Source of the DNA: Candidatus Delongbacteria bacterium
GTDB taxonomy: Bacteria > CAIWAD01
NCBI GenBank assembly: GCA_963663545.1
Contig: OY760505.1
Coordinates: 2,080,001-2,144,000 of the forward strand
Reading direction: 5' to 3'
Length of the DNA stretch: 64,000 nt
This document shows, one piece after another, positions 29,950-41,300 of this stretch (its first letter is position 1; every line of letters starts with the position of its first letter). Made by a program: the position numbers and the translations under genes. The notes beneath the pieces were generated by a model. That model saw only the letters and a program-made list of their open reading frames with translations. It was not told the origin of the DNA and searched no databases.

Positions 29950-32046
29950 ATGGATACACGCTATTTCAATCGCGAACTAAGCTGGCTGGAATTCAACCAG
30001 CGTGTGCTCGATCTGGCCTTCAGTGAAGAGTTGCCATTACTCGAACGGCTGAAATTTCTCGCCATTACAGCAAGCAATCTGGATGAGTTTTTCCAGGTGC
30101 GCGTAGGAGGTCTGCAGGCGCTGGCGCGGAGCAACTCCACGTGGAAGGATGCAAGCGGTCTTAGCTCAACAGCGCAACTTGGCCTGATTGGCGAGCGCGT
30201 GACACATATGCTGGAGTCCATGGATCTGTGTTACATGGAGCAGCTGGCGCCAGCGCTCAAGCAGACAGGAATTCGTCTGCTTAAGCCGGACCAATTGAAT
30301 GCAACGCAGCGAGAGCATGCTCGCGACGTGTTTGAGAAGGAGCTCAAGCCGGTCCTGTCGCCCATTGCTGTACACGACGACGAAGCCTTTCCTGTGCTTC
30401 AAGGGCTGCGCCTGCACCTGCTGTTAAAGGTTCAGCGTGACACAGAGGCCGCATTTGCCGTGTTGCCGCTGGGTAGCCAGACGCACCGCTTCTATGCTAT
30501 GCCCGATGAAGAGGCGAACTCCTTTCTTTTGCTTGAAGACCTGGTATCAATGCACATCGATCAGCTCTTCCTTGGCTACAGGATCAAGGAGTGTTTACCG
30601 TTTCGTGTAACACGAAGTGCTGACATGGCGGTGCGCGAGAAGGAAGCACCGGATCTACTAACGGGAATGCGACAAGTGCTCAAGGCTCGCAAGATTAGCG
30701 AGTATGTGCGTGTCGAGTTCAGTGCGGAAGCAGGCCCGACAACTAAAACCTGGTTGCGCAAACGCCTGGCAGTGCGCGACCGTGATGTTCATGTGACACA
30801 GGCTCTCTTGCAGATGCGCGATTTGATGGAACCAGCCACAGCATCGGACCACAGCCAGTTGCAGTACAAGCCAATGCCCCCCTTGCAGCCGGTTTCGGTG
30901 GATCCAGGCACTAGCATGTTTGAGGCCATCACGCATGGTGATTTGCTGTTGTGTCACCCTTACGAAAGCTATTCGCCGGTGGTGCGTTTTGTCGAAGAAG
31001 CCGCCGATGATCCGGATGTGCTGGCCATCAAGCAGATCCTTTATCGTACTTCGCGCAACAGCCCGATTGTGCGTGCACTATCCCGCGCTGCGGCACAAGG
31101 GAAATACGTTACCGCCCTGGTTGAGCTGAAGGCGCGATTTGATGAGGCCCGCAATATCGACTGGGCGCAGCGTTTGGCGCAGGATGGTGTGCACGTGGTG
31201 TACGGCGTAAAGGGATACAAAACCCACGCCAAGATCTGTCTTGTGTCACGGCGCGAAGGGGATGGCGTCAGGCGCTACATGCACTTCGGCACGGGCAACT
31301 ACAACGAGCAGACGGCGCAGCTCTACAGTGACATCAGCTACATGACTTGTGACGATGAGCTGGCGCTGGATGCCACGGACTTCTTCAATGCCATTACGGG
31401 CTATTCTGAGCCGACGGAGTACATGCATCTGGCACCTGCCCCGGCGCAACTACGAGATCGTCTGCTGGAACTGATCAGCGCCGAAGCCGAGCGCGCGCGA
31501 CAAGGGCAGGCGACGCGCATTTTGGCCAAGGTGAATTCGCTGGTGGATCCGCAGCTCATCGAGGCGCTCTACGAGGCGTCCCAGGCGGGAGTGCAAATTC
31601 AACTGAATGTGCGCGGCATCTGCTGTCTGCGGCCTGGTGTCACGGGGATGAGTGAAAACATCCGTGTTACAAGCATTGTTGGACGCTATCTGGAACACGC
31701 CCGCATTATTTGTTTCCATAATGGTGGTCGCGAGCTGCTATTCATCAGTAGCGCCGATTGGATGCCGCGCAACCTGGACAAGCGCATCGAGCTGCTGGTT
31801 CCGGTAGAAGACAAGAAGTGCCGCAAGCGCTTGCTTGGTATTTTACAGACCTACTTTGCGGACAACGAAGATGCGCGCGAGCTGCACGAAGATGGAAGCT
31901 GGAGCGCGGTGATACAAGCGGAAGACGTACCACGAGTGCAGGCGCAGCGCGCTTTGTATAAAACAATTCGTCGCGAAGTGCAGAAGCTGGAACGCTTGCG
32001 GCCTACTACATTTGAGCCGCATCTGCCTCCTGGAGAACTACTGTAA
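29950..32046 (+). CDS. ppk1: Polyphosphate kinase 1
   Basis: YFNRELSWLEFN.RVL, LDEFF.VRV, HPYES, ELKARFDE, KTHAK and SSADWMPRN motifs. Confidence 0.97.
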   Translation: MDTRYFNRELSWLEFNQRVLDLAFSEELPLLERLKFLAITASNLDEFFQVRVGGLQALARSNSTWKDASGLSSTAQLGLIGERVTHMLESMDLCYMEQLAPALKQTGIRLLKPDQLNATQREHARDVFEKELKPVLSPIAVHDDEAFPVLQGLRLHLLLKVQRDTEAAFAVLPLGSQTHRFYAMPDEEANSFLLLEDLVSMHIDQLFLGYRIKECLPFRVTRSADMAVREKEAPDLLTGMRQVLKARKISEYVRVEFSAEAGPTTKTWLRKRLAVRDRDVHVTQALLQMRDLMEPATASDHSQLQYKPMPPLQPVSVDPGTSMFEAITHGDLLLCHPYESYSPVVRFVEEAADDPDVLAIKQILYRTSRNSPIVRALSRAAAQGKYVTALVELKARFDEARNIDWAQRLAQDGVHVVYGVKGYKTHAKICLVSRREGDGVRRYMHFGTGNYNEQTAQLYSDISYMTCDDELALDATDFFNAITGYSEPTEYMHLAPAPAQLRDRLLELISAEAERARQGQATRILAKVNSLVDPQLIEALYEASQAGVQIQLNVRGICCLRPGVTGMSENIRVTSIVGRYLEHARIICFHNGGRELLFISSADWMPRNLDKRIELLVPVEDKKCRKRLLGILQTYFADNEDARELHEDGSWSAVIQAEDVPRVQAQRALYKTIRREVQKLERLRPTTFEPHLPPGELL

Positions 32047-32057
32047 AGGAGCACATT

Positions 32058-33137
32058 GTGCATAGAGTTGTGATACGAATGATTCTGATAACCTTGATGC
32101 TTTCCGTTCCGGTGATGGCCCAGTCGGACGTGTACCCCTTTGATGATGTGCACGGCTATCCGCACTACAACTTGAGCGGGACCGGGATGGCACTAGGAGT
32201 CAGCCCTTCGCTGGCTGGCGTCGCCGTGACCAACCCGGCCGCCATGACCGAATGGCCAGCCAATCTGGCGGGAATCGCGTATCACGCCGAGAGTAGCGTT
32301 GATCCTGGATCGAGCAATTCGTATCACATGCGCCGCGCCCGCTGGCGTCCATCGATGATCGGCGTGGTAGAACCCTGGATGGAAGCCGGAGTAGGTCTGG
32401 GTTATGTACAGCGCTACAATCGTCTCACGCAGGGCTCTTCCAGTGGCAGCCCGTATTACGAAGAAGTGTTGGTTGAAGGCCTGGCAAGCTGCATGTCCCA
32501 GCGCTACGACCTGAAACGCGCGGGTGCCTTCGATCTAGGAGTACGCATCGAGTATCTGCGGATGTACTACAGCTACGGAACTCGCGATCTGGCAGGTGGT
32601 CCGGCTAACAGCGGGGAGCTGGAGGACACCTTCTACGGCTGGGCTGTTGGTGCACGCTGGAAGCGGCAGTTCAAGCATTTCCGGGTGGAGATCGGTTCGC
32701 AGTATGAGACCTTTACTGGCGTAAATGCAACCATGTCCATGCGCTATGCATCACGCGAGGTGCACGCTCAACTTCCAACAGCAATTCATACTGGGCTGAT
32801 TCTGGGCGACCTTCCCTGGGTGGATCTTGTACTTGGATGGTCGCACATTCGGTACAGCGAAGTCAGTGACAACCTGAACGATCGCGATGACTTCAGCGCT
32901 AGCGTTGTCTGGCGCGGTCCGGCGGCGATGCGCGTAAACCTTGGAGCGTGGACCAGCGGAATTGATGAGCAGGATAACGACGATAGTGAGCTCAATACGG
33001 TCTACCTGCAGACGGGTATCAGCTATCAGATCGATAATGCGCTAATGGAAATCGCACTAGCTGACAGTCATTTCCTGGGCGGCGAGTACCGCAAGCAAAC
33101 CATCTTGCGCTTGGCGGTATCTTACACCATGCACTGA
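32058..33137 (+). CDS. Putative outer-membrane beta-barrel (FadL/PorV-like) protein
   Basis: Signal peptide, GM...NPAAM N-terminal motif, alternating aromatic beta-strands and C-terminal LAVSYT. Overlaps the recD 3' end by 16 bp. Confidence 0.55.
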   Translation: MHRVVIRMILITLMLSVPVMAQSDVYPFDDVHGYPHYNLSGTGMALGVSPSLAGVAVTNPAAMTEWPANLAGIAYHAESSVDPGSSNSYHMRRARWRPSMIGVVEPWMEAGVGLGYVQRYNRLTQGSSSGSPYYEEVLVEGLASCMSQRYDLKRAGAFDLGVRIEYLRMYYSYGTRDLAGGPANSGELEDTFYGWAVGARWKRQFKHFRVEIGSQYETFTGVNATMSMRYASREVHAQLPTAIHTGLILGDLPWVDLVLGWSHIRYSEVSDNLNDRDDFSASVVWRGPAAMRVNLGAWTSGIDEQDNDDSELNTVYLQTGISYQIDNALMEIALADSHFLGGEYRKQTILRLAVSYTMH

Positions 33138-34795
33138 TGTGGAACTGTACCGGTCTGGAACAGTCCGCTATCACGATGCTGTAACCGTGATACACAGGCT
33201 TTTACTGCATTGGCAGAAGCAAGCAGTGTGACACGTTTTCGAGCGCGTGTTACTGCTGTGTATAGTAGTTGACGACAATGCAGCGGCGAGTCATCATCGC
33301 CCAACACAACAATGGCATGATCGAATTCGCTGCCCTGACTCTTGTGCACAGTCAGAGCCCAACTCGTCTCATGGGGCGGAAGTTGGTGCAGCTCAACGGC
33401 TCTTGGTGGCGCAGAGGGGAAATACACGCAGGACTTGCCGGAGGAGTCCTTCAACAACAAACCGGAATCACCGTTGTACAGCGCGCGAAACGAGTCGTTG
33501 CGTGTCACAAGTATCGGTCGGCCATGATACTCGCGTTGTCCCGTCTGATAGCCAAGCGTTCGCTCGCAGAGTTGGTTTACGCGTGACACGCCGCGAGCTC
33601 CTGTGTTGTGGGCGCAAAGCACTCTGCAGCTTGCAAGCCTTGCTAGTGCATTTTCCGGTACTGTCTCATGTGATGCTGCCAGGACTTCCGGAAGAAGAGC
33701 GGAGAGCTCCACCTGCAGGGATTCCTCTTCCGGAATCCAGCAAACGCTGCCATCCGGAGGCTTCGACAACAGGCTAAGACAAGCCGATGTGTCACCGCGG
33801 GAAATGGCTTGCGCCAATTGAGCAATGGCCCCTTCCCCCGAAAACCGATAGCTATGAGAGAGATGTGCTACAAGCGCTGTCTCACCACTCTGTGAGACGA
33901 AGTGCGCGCTGATATCGCGAAGGATATCACCAGCATCAATTGATGCCAGCTGACCGGGGTCTCCCAGCAGCACCAGCCTTGAGTTGGATGGGAGAGCGTT
34001 CAGCAAGGCGTGCATCATTGATAGATCTATCATGGACGCTTCATCAACAATAACCAAATCGTTGCCAAGTGGATTTTCAGCGTGATACAGCGGCCGATCC
34101 GAGTCGAAGCGGATTCCCAATAACCTGTGCAGGGTCAAGGATTCTTGCGGCAATCGTTCTTGCAACTCCGACGGCAGATTTAGCGACCGAATGCCGTGAT
34201 GCAGCGCTTCCTGCATACGTGCTGCCGCCTTACCGGTTGGTGCGGCAAGAGCAATACGGCGGGGAGCGTCGGGCTGATCCAGCAGCACGGCGAGCAATCG
34301 AAGAATAGTCGTCGTCTTGCCCGTTCCAGGTCCGCCTGTGATGATACAGAGCCTCTGGCGCAGTGCGCTAACTACCGCTCGGGACTGCTCCAGCGATATG
34401 CCCTCGCTCAACCAGCGTTGCTTGCTGTGGAAGAATGCAGCCTCGTTCACAGGCATCTCGCGGCCAGCTAGTTCACGCAAACGCGCTTCAAGGGCACGCT
34501 CCTGCAGCCAGGGGCGCAGGTAATACAAGCGCTGCTGCTCATCAAGAACGAGGGGGCGTGTCTGCGATCCATTATCCAGCAGGTCGCTCTCCTCAAGAAG
34601 ACGGCCTAGCAAGTGCTGGTCTCCACCTTCCGAAAAACGATCCAGCGGAAGGCAGACATTTCCAGCGGCGTGATACGATGCCAGTTTCAGAAGGAGTTCC
34701 TGCAATAGTGCTTGTCTATCAATGGGTAGACGACAATGACGCAGCAGCAATTGTGTGAGCCAGAAAGACCCCGCACCGATTTCATCAGCCTTCAT
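33122..34795 (-). CDS. recD: Exodeoxyribonuclease V alpha subunit
   Basis: ITGGPGTGKTT, AAPTGKAAAR, VDEASMID, LGDPGQL, TVHKSQGSEF and LYTAVTRA motifs. Confidence 0.95.
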   Translation of the reverse strand: MKADEIGAGSFWLTQLLLRHCRLPIDRQALLQELLLKLASYHAAGNVCLPLDRFSEGGDQHLLGRLLEESDLLDNGSQTRPLVLDEQQRLYYLRPWLQERALEARLRELAGREMPVNEAAFFHSKQRWLSEGISLEQSRAVVSALRQRLCIITGGPGTGKTTTILRLLAVLLDQPDAPRRIALAAPTGKAAARMQEALHHGIRSLNLPSELQERLPQESLTLHRLLGIRFDSDRPLYHAENPLGNDLVIVDEASMIDLSMMHALLNALPSNSRLVLLGDPGQLASIDAGDILRDISAHFVSQSGETALVAHLSHSYRFSGEGAIAQLAQAISRGDTSACLSLLSKPPDGSVCWIPEEESLQVELSALLPEVLAASHETVPENALARLASCRVLCAHNTGARGVSRVNQLCERTLGYQTGQREYHGRPILVTRNDSFRALYNGDSGLLLKDSSGKSCVYFPSAPPRAVELHQLPPHETSWALTVHKSQGSEFDHAIVVLGDDDSPLHCRQLLYTAVTRARKRVTLLASANAVKACVSRLQHRDSGLFQTGTVPHQCMV

Positions 34796-37700
34796 GTCTC
34801 ATCTCCTGCTGCAGCGCTCGAATCAAATCCGCCGGCACAAGATCGTGATACACGCCAGTTCCAGCGGGTCCGTACATCCCTCGCAGATAGAGGTAGTGGG
34901 CACCTCCCATGTGCAGTTCATACTGGTAGCCCGTAACACGCGTCGCCAAGAGACGGTCAAGCGCCAAGGTGTAGATCAAGTATTGCAGCCAATAGCTCGA
35001 TGCACGAATGCTTTGTTTCAACGGACTCTGATCGTAGGAACGGTAGTCCGGGCCAAGATGATTGGATTTGTAATCCACAATGTGCCAGCGGCCTTCATGA
35101 AAGAAGACCAGGTCGATAAACCCCGTCAGGAAGGACTCGACGGCACCCGCGCCAAGGCTGCCAATGCTCAGGCTGCCATGTTGTTCTGGCCAGCGGAATC
35201 GCTGCAAAAGATCGATGATGCGCTCGCTGCTTGCCTTTGCGGTGGACAAATGGAATTCCAACTCCTTGAATACGCTAGAGGGTTGCAGTTGAGAAAGGGA
35301 GGGAAGCCCGTTACCCAATGGCTGACTCAGCCATAGCTGAAGTAAGGGCAACAGGCTGGCAGCTTCCAGTCCACGTTGTGGCGTGGTCTGTAACACAGTT
35401 GAGCAGCATTCGAGTAGATAGTCGGTGTTCCGTGATCGATGAAACTCAACCTTCTCTAGTAACTCGTGCAGAAGCGTTCCCATACCCGCACCGCGCGGAA
35501 GGAGCGCTCCGGCATCTTGCTCGGAAACCGAAGGAGAACCCTGCTCGCGGTCGTGGGCATCATCGCCCTCATGCAAGCCTGAGCTTAGCGCAGAAAAACT
35601 TGTGATACGCCAGCCGGCATCAACCGTCCTTCGCGAGTACTCAAGGATTTCCAGTTGCTCAGTGCTCTGCGATATGGCGGCGTTGTCACCCATGTGCGGG
35701 ACATCCAGGCAACAGCAGGCAATGGCTTGTGGAAGCTGCTCAATTTCCGCTGAAGCGTCTGTGGCAGACGCACAAAGAAAAGCCTGCTGCTTTCCAAAAA
35801 GCAACCAGTCGAGCACAGAGGGCGCACTTCCGCGTAGTCCGGCCTGAGGCAGTGGTATCACGAGACGACTCCGCGCACGCGTCATTGCCACGTAACACAG
35901 ACGTATCTGCTCTGCGAGGGACTCCGCCGCACTAACCGTTGACGCTTCAGCGAATGTTGCGTCTTCTGGCGCGGGGAAGGTCGCAATCATCCTGTGTTGC
36001 TTATCGTGATACAGGATGGGAAGTGAGATTCGGGATTCCTTCGCAAGAGCCAAGGTTGGACAGTAAACAACGGCGTACTCCAGGCCCTTGGAAACATGAA
36101 TTGTCAGAACCTGAACCAGCTGTCCTTCATTTTCAAGCCGTAGCTGATGACTTTCACTGCCTGCTGTATCACGAGTAGCGAGCAACCAGTTCAATAGGGC
36201 AGCGGGGTCGTGGGCCGCAGAACCAGCAGAAGCACAGAGTTCACCAAGATGCTGCCAGTTAACAAGCGTTCGTTCAGCGCTGCCATCCCCTGGCAAACGC
36301 GTAGCTCCACCCCGTCGGAATAGCAGGAATTCAATGACTGTCGCTGCTCCTTGGTGCTGTAGTAGTTCCTGCCAGAAACTCACTTCCTGTTGCCATCCTG
36401 ACCAGGACTGATGATCAGACTGCAACTGAAGCAGTGTGTCACCCGAGTAACCAAGCAGACTCCCTGTCAATACCGTGGATAGAAGACCATCACGACCGGG
36501 ACTGTTGAGAAGCTTCAGTAGCGCGACCAGATCTTGTGCTTCTGCGGATTCCAAAACACTGTGACGGCTACGGAGTACGTGCGGAATGCCGCGCGCCTTC
36601 AGCTCCGTAGAGATGATTTGTCCTTGCGCGTGACTGTGCACAAGAACGGCAATGTCTCCGCCGTGCAGCGGTCGTGTGTCACCGTGATTCAGCGGCAATC
36701 TGGCACGTCCACGCGAGGCCTTATCTAGCAACCAGGAAATGTCATCTGCGACCGAGGACATGATCTCGGAAAGCAGTGCAGGCTTGTTCTTGTGTTGCGT
36801 CGGCATTGACCAGAATCGCAAGGGGGTTTTGTGAGAATCGGGATCACTGTCCAGCTGAAGATCACTTTCGTCTGAAAGGGCTGGTTGCACATTAGGCACA
36901 GGGATGCCCTTTAGCAGAAAAGCGTCTGGTTGACGCTGAAAGAGCGCGTTCAGCGATGCTACAAGCGCTGGCGAGGAGCGCCAGTTGTAGTCAAGACAGT
37001 ATTGGGTATCACAGAGACTGGCCGCTTTCAGATAGGCGCTAATGTCGGCACCACGGAAACGATAAATGGCCTGGCGCGGATCACCAATGAAGTAAGTGCA
37101 GGAGTTGTGCAGCAGCTTGGTAAAGACCTTCACTTGCACAGGGTCGGTATCCTGGAACTCGTCGATCAGAGCCACTGGAAACTGCTGAGAGACTCGAGAT
37201 GCCAATCGTCCATCTGCATCACGATCAATGGCGTGGGACAATTGCTCAAGCGCATCTCCGTGGCTTGTAAGGCCGAGGGAAGCAAGGCGATGACGAAGTG
37301 CCCTCGTGTAGCGAACATACAACCGTGCCGCGAACCGCAATCCACACGCTTTCAGCCAGGTCTGGCGCTGTTCCAAGAACTCCAGTAGCGGTCGGGTATG
37401 CATGAAGAACTCGTGCGCGGGAGGATCTGCCCCTTTCTTGCACCCGGAGGCGAGACTTTCGGGCGTCATCCGTTCGAGTGCCTTTACCGGTGTGGAAACT
37501 TGCTCAACGTCGTTCAACCATGACTCGATGTCTGCACACCATTGTATCACGCTGGTGTCTTTGTAGATGTTCTTCTTCAAGTCCGAGCTCAACAGCAGAG
37601 CGCATACATCGTCTTGATTCCAGGCGGAGCGAGCTTGTGTGTAAGCAAGTTGCCATTGAGTGTCGCTGACAGCAGCTGGTTTGCGCGTAACACGCAACTT

Positions 37701-38348
37701 GAGCTGCTTCTGACTTTGGAGCTGTTGGAACATTTCAAGCCAGGACTCCGGCGTCGTCAGTGCGGATTTCTGATTTGGGAAAATGGCGGCAGGTGAATCA
37801 TGCAAGACCTGGATCAGTGCGTGCGGCAGAAGCTCCAATTCGTTGCGAAGCAAGTCCGCCAGAACCTGCAGCTGAATCTGCCCAAGATCCGGCACCAGTT
37901 CAAGCTGAAAGCTGCTACCTCCAGCCAAGGCATTCTCGGATAGAAGCCGCTGACAGAAGCCGTCAATGGTGAAAATGGCGGCGTTTGCCAGTTGCTTGTA
38001 ACACAACTCAAGATGCTGAAGAGAGCCGTCATCTACGTGTTCAAGCAAAGCAAGTAGCAACGGGTCCGCGCAAGATGTCAGTTGACCACGCTGCTTGGCG
38101 CGGGCGTGATGCAGAAGCTCTTCCAAGCGGGAAGAGATTCGCAGGCGTAACTCCGCAGTGGCCGCGCGCGTAAATGTGACACAGAGAATGCGTCCAGGTA
38201 GCAGTCTGTCACGCAGCATGAACCAGAGGACGAGCGCCGTCAGGGCATAGGTTTTACCTGTTCCCGCTCCGGCTTCCAGCAGAAAACGTCCACGATCAGT
38301 GCCAGCACGGCAGGTGGGAGCCTGGGTAGCCTGGAAAGAGTGCTTCAT
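34785..38348 (-). CDS. recB: Exodeoxyribonuclease V beta subunit
   Basis: EAGAGTGKT, TFT.AAT.EL, IDEFQDTD, IGDP.QAIY.FRGAD, TIH.SKGLE, and nuclease motif GFIDL...VDYKSN. Confidence 0.95.
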   Translation of the reverse strand: MKHSFQATQAPTCRAGTDRGRFLLEAGAGTGKTYALTALVLWFMLRDRLLPGRILCVTFTRAATAELRLRISSRLEELLHHARAKQRGQLTSCADPLLLALLEHVDDGSLQHLELCYKQLANAAIFTIDGFCQRLLSENALAGGSSFQLELVPDLGQIQLQVLADLLRNELELLPHALIQVLHDSPAAIFPNQKSALTTPESWLEMFQQLQSQKQLKLRVTRKPAAVSDTQWQLAYTQARSAWNQDDVCALLLSSDLKKNIYKDTSVIQWCADIESWLNDVEQVSTPVKALERMTPESLASGCKKGADPPAHEFFMHTRPLLEFLEQRQTWLKACGLRFAARLYVRYTRALRHRLASLGLTSHGDALEQLSHAIDRDADGRLASRVSQQFPVALIDEFQDTDPVQVKVFTKLLHNSCTYFIGDPRQAIYRFRGADISAYLKAASLCDTQYCLDYNWRSSPALVASLNALFQRQPDAFLLKGIPVPNVQPALSDESDLQLDSDPDSHKTPLRFWSMPTQHKNKPALLSEIMSSVADDISWLLDKASRGRARLPLNHGDTRPLHGGDIAVLVHSHAQGQIISTELKARGIPHVLRSRHSVLESAEAQDLVALLKLLNSPGRDGLLSTVLTGSLLGYSGDTLLQLQSDHQSWSGWQQEVSFWQELLQHQGAATVIEFLLFRRGGATRLPGDGSAERTLVNWQHLGELCASAGSAAHDPAALLNWLLATRDTAGSESHQLRLENEGQLVQVLTIHVSKGLEYAVVYCPTLALAKESRISLPILYHDKQHRMIATFPAPEDATFAEASTVSAAESLAEQIRLCYVAMTRARSRLVIPLPQAGLRGSAPSVLDWLLFGKQQAFLCASATDASAEIEQLPQAIACCCLDVPHMGDNAAISQSTEQLEILEYSRRTVDAGWRITSFSALSSGLHEGDDAHDREQGSPSVSEQDAGALLPRGAGMGTLLHELLEKVEFHRSRNTDYLLECCSTVLQTTPQRGLEAASLLPLLQLWLSQPLGNGLPSLSQLQPSSVFKELEFHLSTAKASSERIIDLLQRFRWPEQHGSLSIGSLGAGAVESFLTGFIDLVFFHEGRWHIVDYKSNHLGPDYRSYDQSPLKQSIRASSYWLQYLIYTLALDRLLATRVTGYQYELHMGGAHYLYLRGMYGPAGTGVYHDLVPADLIRALQQEMRHEG

Positions 38349-41300
38349 AGTGGCACTCCTTCCACGTGTGTTACAAGATCACTCGCACATTCGGCGCCAA
38401 ATCGTAAGTGCTGCAAGAATTCCTTCTGGGTCCAGGGTGGCGAATCTCCCCAGACCAGAAGTGTCGCGGAAGTGGAGTGATACGGAGAATTCTCAGTGTT
38501 CCATGTCTCGATTACTTTGCTGATAGCAGTGAGAAAGCCCTCTTCACCGCTCTTGTTCAACGCCGCAGAGAGCTTGAGCAGCAGATCTGAGGGCCAGAAA
38601 ACGGGTCGGCTCAACCCTAGCTCTGCAAGGCGCAACAGGTTTTGCAGGGAGCGTGTTGGATTGTCTAAGGGCCGGAAGCTTGCATGTCCTTCGGGAGTCA
38701 TCATCGAGGCTGACAGACCGTGATACTCGACGAAAGCATTTGACAACAGAACATGTTTCAGCCAGCACTGAAGAAGCTGATGAGGACGCAAGGCGCCTGG
38801 CTGCAGGTGGAGAAACCCCTTGGCCGAAAGGCCTTGAATTACGCCCTGCAGCGACCAGGATTCGAACTGAAGATCGATAGTGCAGTAGCCCGCGGGGGCA
38901 AATTCAGGTGTCGCATGCAGCAAGGGTGACACGTCTTCCACCAAGTGTTGCATCCGTTGCGCACCGCTGTGATAAAGGCTGTCTGCGATAGGAAGGACTG
39001 GCAGAGCGCCTGCGTGAGACATCGCCTGAAGGGAATACGGTGCATTGCCCGACAAGAATCGGGACAGCAATGCATTGTGAAGCTTCCAGCGATCAAGTCC
39101 GCGCAGCTCAAAGCTCTGTTCATCGGGTGGGTGCTCGCTGGTTTGTGGCAGGACAATACCACAGCGCAGTCGTAAAAACAGGTCCAGTGGATCTCGCAAG
39201 AAGCGCTGTAACACATCCAGTCTACGATGAACCTCGTCCAACTCAGGAAGCGGTGCAGCAAGAAAGGGCTCACGCACAAAGCGCTGCTGTATCACCTGCG
39301 CGGCTGAAAAGGCATCGCGGTCGCGCGCCATTGCGGATCCAGAGTGAAAATGCTGAGAGCTGACCCGCTGGAGCGGCCAGCTGGTCACGTGCATGGGCGA
39401 CTCCCCCCATTCGCGCAGATGATCCTGTATATGACTGATCAGTGAACTCGGCGGGAGGTCGCTATCGTCAACCGTGCTCTTGCCGATGTAGCTCAACAGC
39501 AGATGCTCGCGAACCGAGAGTAGGCTTTCTAAGAGAATCTGCCGGTCCTCCAGTTCGCGACTGCGCTCTCCCGGTCGACGCTGTGTTTCCGGCATCAATT
39601 CATTACTTGTATCACGTCTTGGAAAGGTGTCCTGGTCAAGTCCCAGAAGACATAGCACGCGTGCGGGAACGTGACGCATCGGCTGCAATCCGGCAAAGCA
39701 GACTTCGCCGCGCAACCACGAACTACGGTTTCCATTGTCCTCGGGGAGCTCGCGAAGGAGCACACTCAGCGGAACTGGAAGCTCGCATCTGGATTCGCTG
39801 GCTGTGTCACGCAGATCGGCGACAGTGCGCAACAAAAGAGTATCCGCAGGCGATCCGGCTAGACTTTCAGGGAACCATGCCTGGTACAACTCAAGCAACA
39901 GATCGCTCCAGGCAAGTAGACTGCGGTCCTCGGAAACGGCCACGCTGCCTGATAGTAACAGTTGCGCCACTTCGACGAGACGATCGAAAAGGTCACGGCG
40001 CGAATGTGCATCACCAGCGGGAAGAAGAGCGCCAAAGGCCTCCGTCTCGGAGGGCATGGCGAGGGCCAACGCTAACCGGTCGAGGGTTGCTTTCCATGTG
40101 CCCGCTTCAGTGACTGGTAGTCCAAGACGCTGTCTGTGTCCCGAATCCGCACCCCAGCGAAGTCCACCTTGTGCAAGCCAGTTCGACAACGCGTCGATGT
40201 CATCGTTGGAAAGAGAAAATCTTTCTAGCGTGATGGGATGATGAAGAAAGTGTGATACATCAAGCAGGCTAAGTCGTCCACCGATGAGATACAGCAATTC
40301 GCGCAACCACCCGGCCGCATCGTGTTCAGCATTGGGGGAGGTGTCTGAAATGCGCCAAGGGATGTGCTGAGCAGGATCAGCCACAGAAAATGTGGCGCGA
40401 ATCGCCCATTCCATCTTCGCGGGATCAGGCATGAGAACAAGCACTTCCCCTGCATTCAAGCTGGGGTCTCTGTCGAAGCGCTCCAGCAGATACTCGCGTA
40501 AGGCTTGCAGTTCACGCAGTGGACTATGTGTCACGTGTATCCGCAGCGAATCGTCAGCCTTTGGCACACTCTTCACCGCTTGGCCACTCAGACGATTCTG
40601 CATACGACCAAGCGCGTGATCATTACAGAAGGTGTCGTGCTCTAGTAGCAAACGCGCACCGTACTCCAGCAACTGTTGCTGCAACTCCGCCGACTGGGCA
40701 CCCAGATAGGAGGCCAGACTGTTGGATGCGCTGAGCTCCTGGCCAGTTCCCAAACAGAGAAAGCGCACATCGCAATGGCGTGAAAGTGATACAAATGTTT
40801 CCAACTGAGGCTTGGGCAGCGCGCTGATGCCAAAGAGCATCAACTCGCGGGGGCAGGCCGCCGGATCGCTACTCCAGTCGAGAATCGCCTTGAGCGAGTC
40901 CAGCCTCTTCGCACGATGATGTTTCTGAGTTGTGTCACGCAGTAGTGACGTCCACAAGAGTGAATGATAACCGGTTCCGCGACCGTCCTCCCATTGCTGC
41001 AAAAGATCCGGACGATACACAAGCAGACTATCGTAGACTTCGGAGAGTTTGTCACACAGTTCATAGCGGCGTGTCACGGTGTCACCGTGATCCAGCCATC
41101 TTCGTAGCGGTTGCAGCTGTGGTTTCGAGATCAGATCGGGAAGAAGACCTAACAAGCGCCAGCGCATATTGGCGCGACTAAAAGCGTCCACATCGGGAGG
41201 CCGCTCGCCGGAAAGCTCTTCGTGAAGCTCCCACAGCCAACTTGCCGGAAAGGGAAAGCGCAGCGACGCACAAATACCCATCTGCCTGGCGAGTTCGAGC

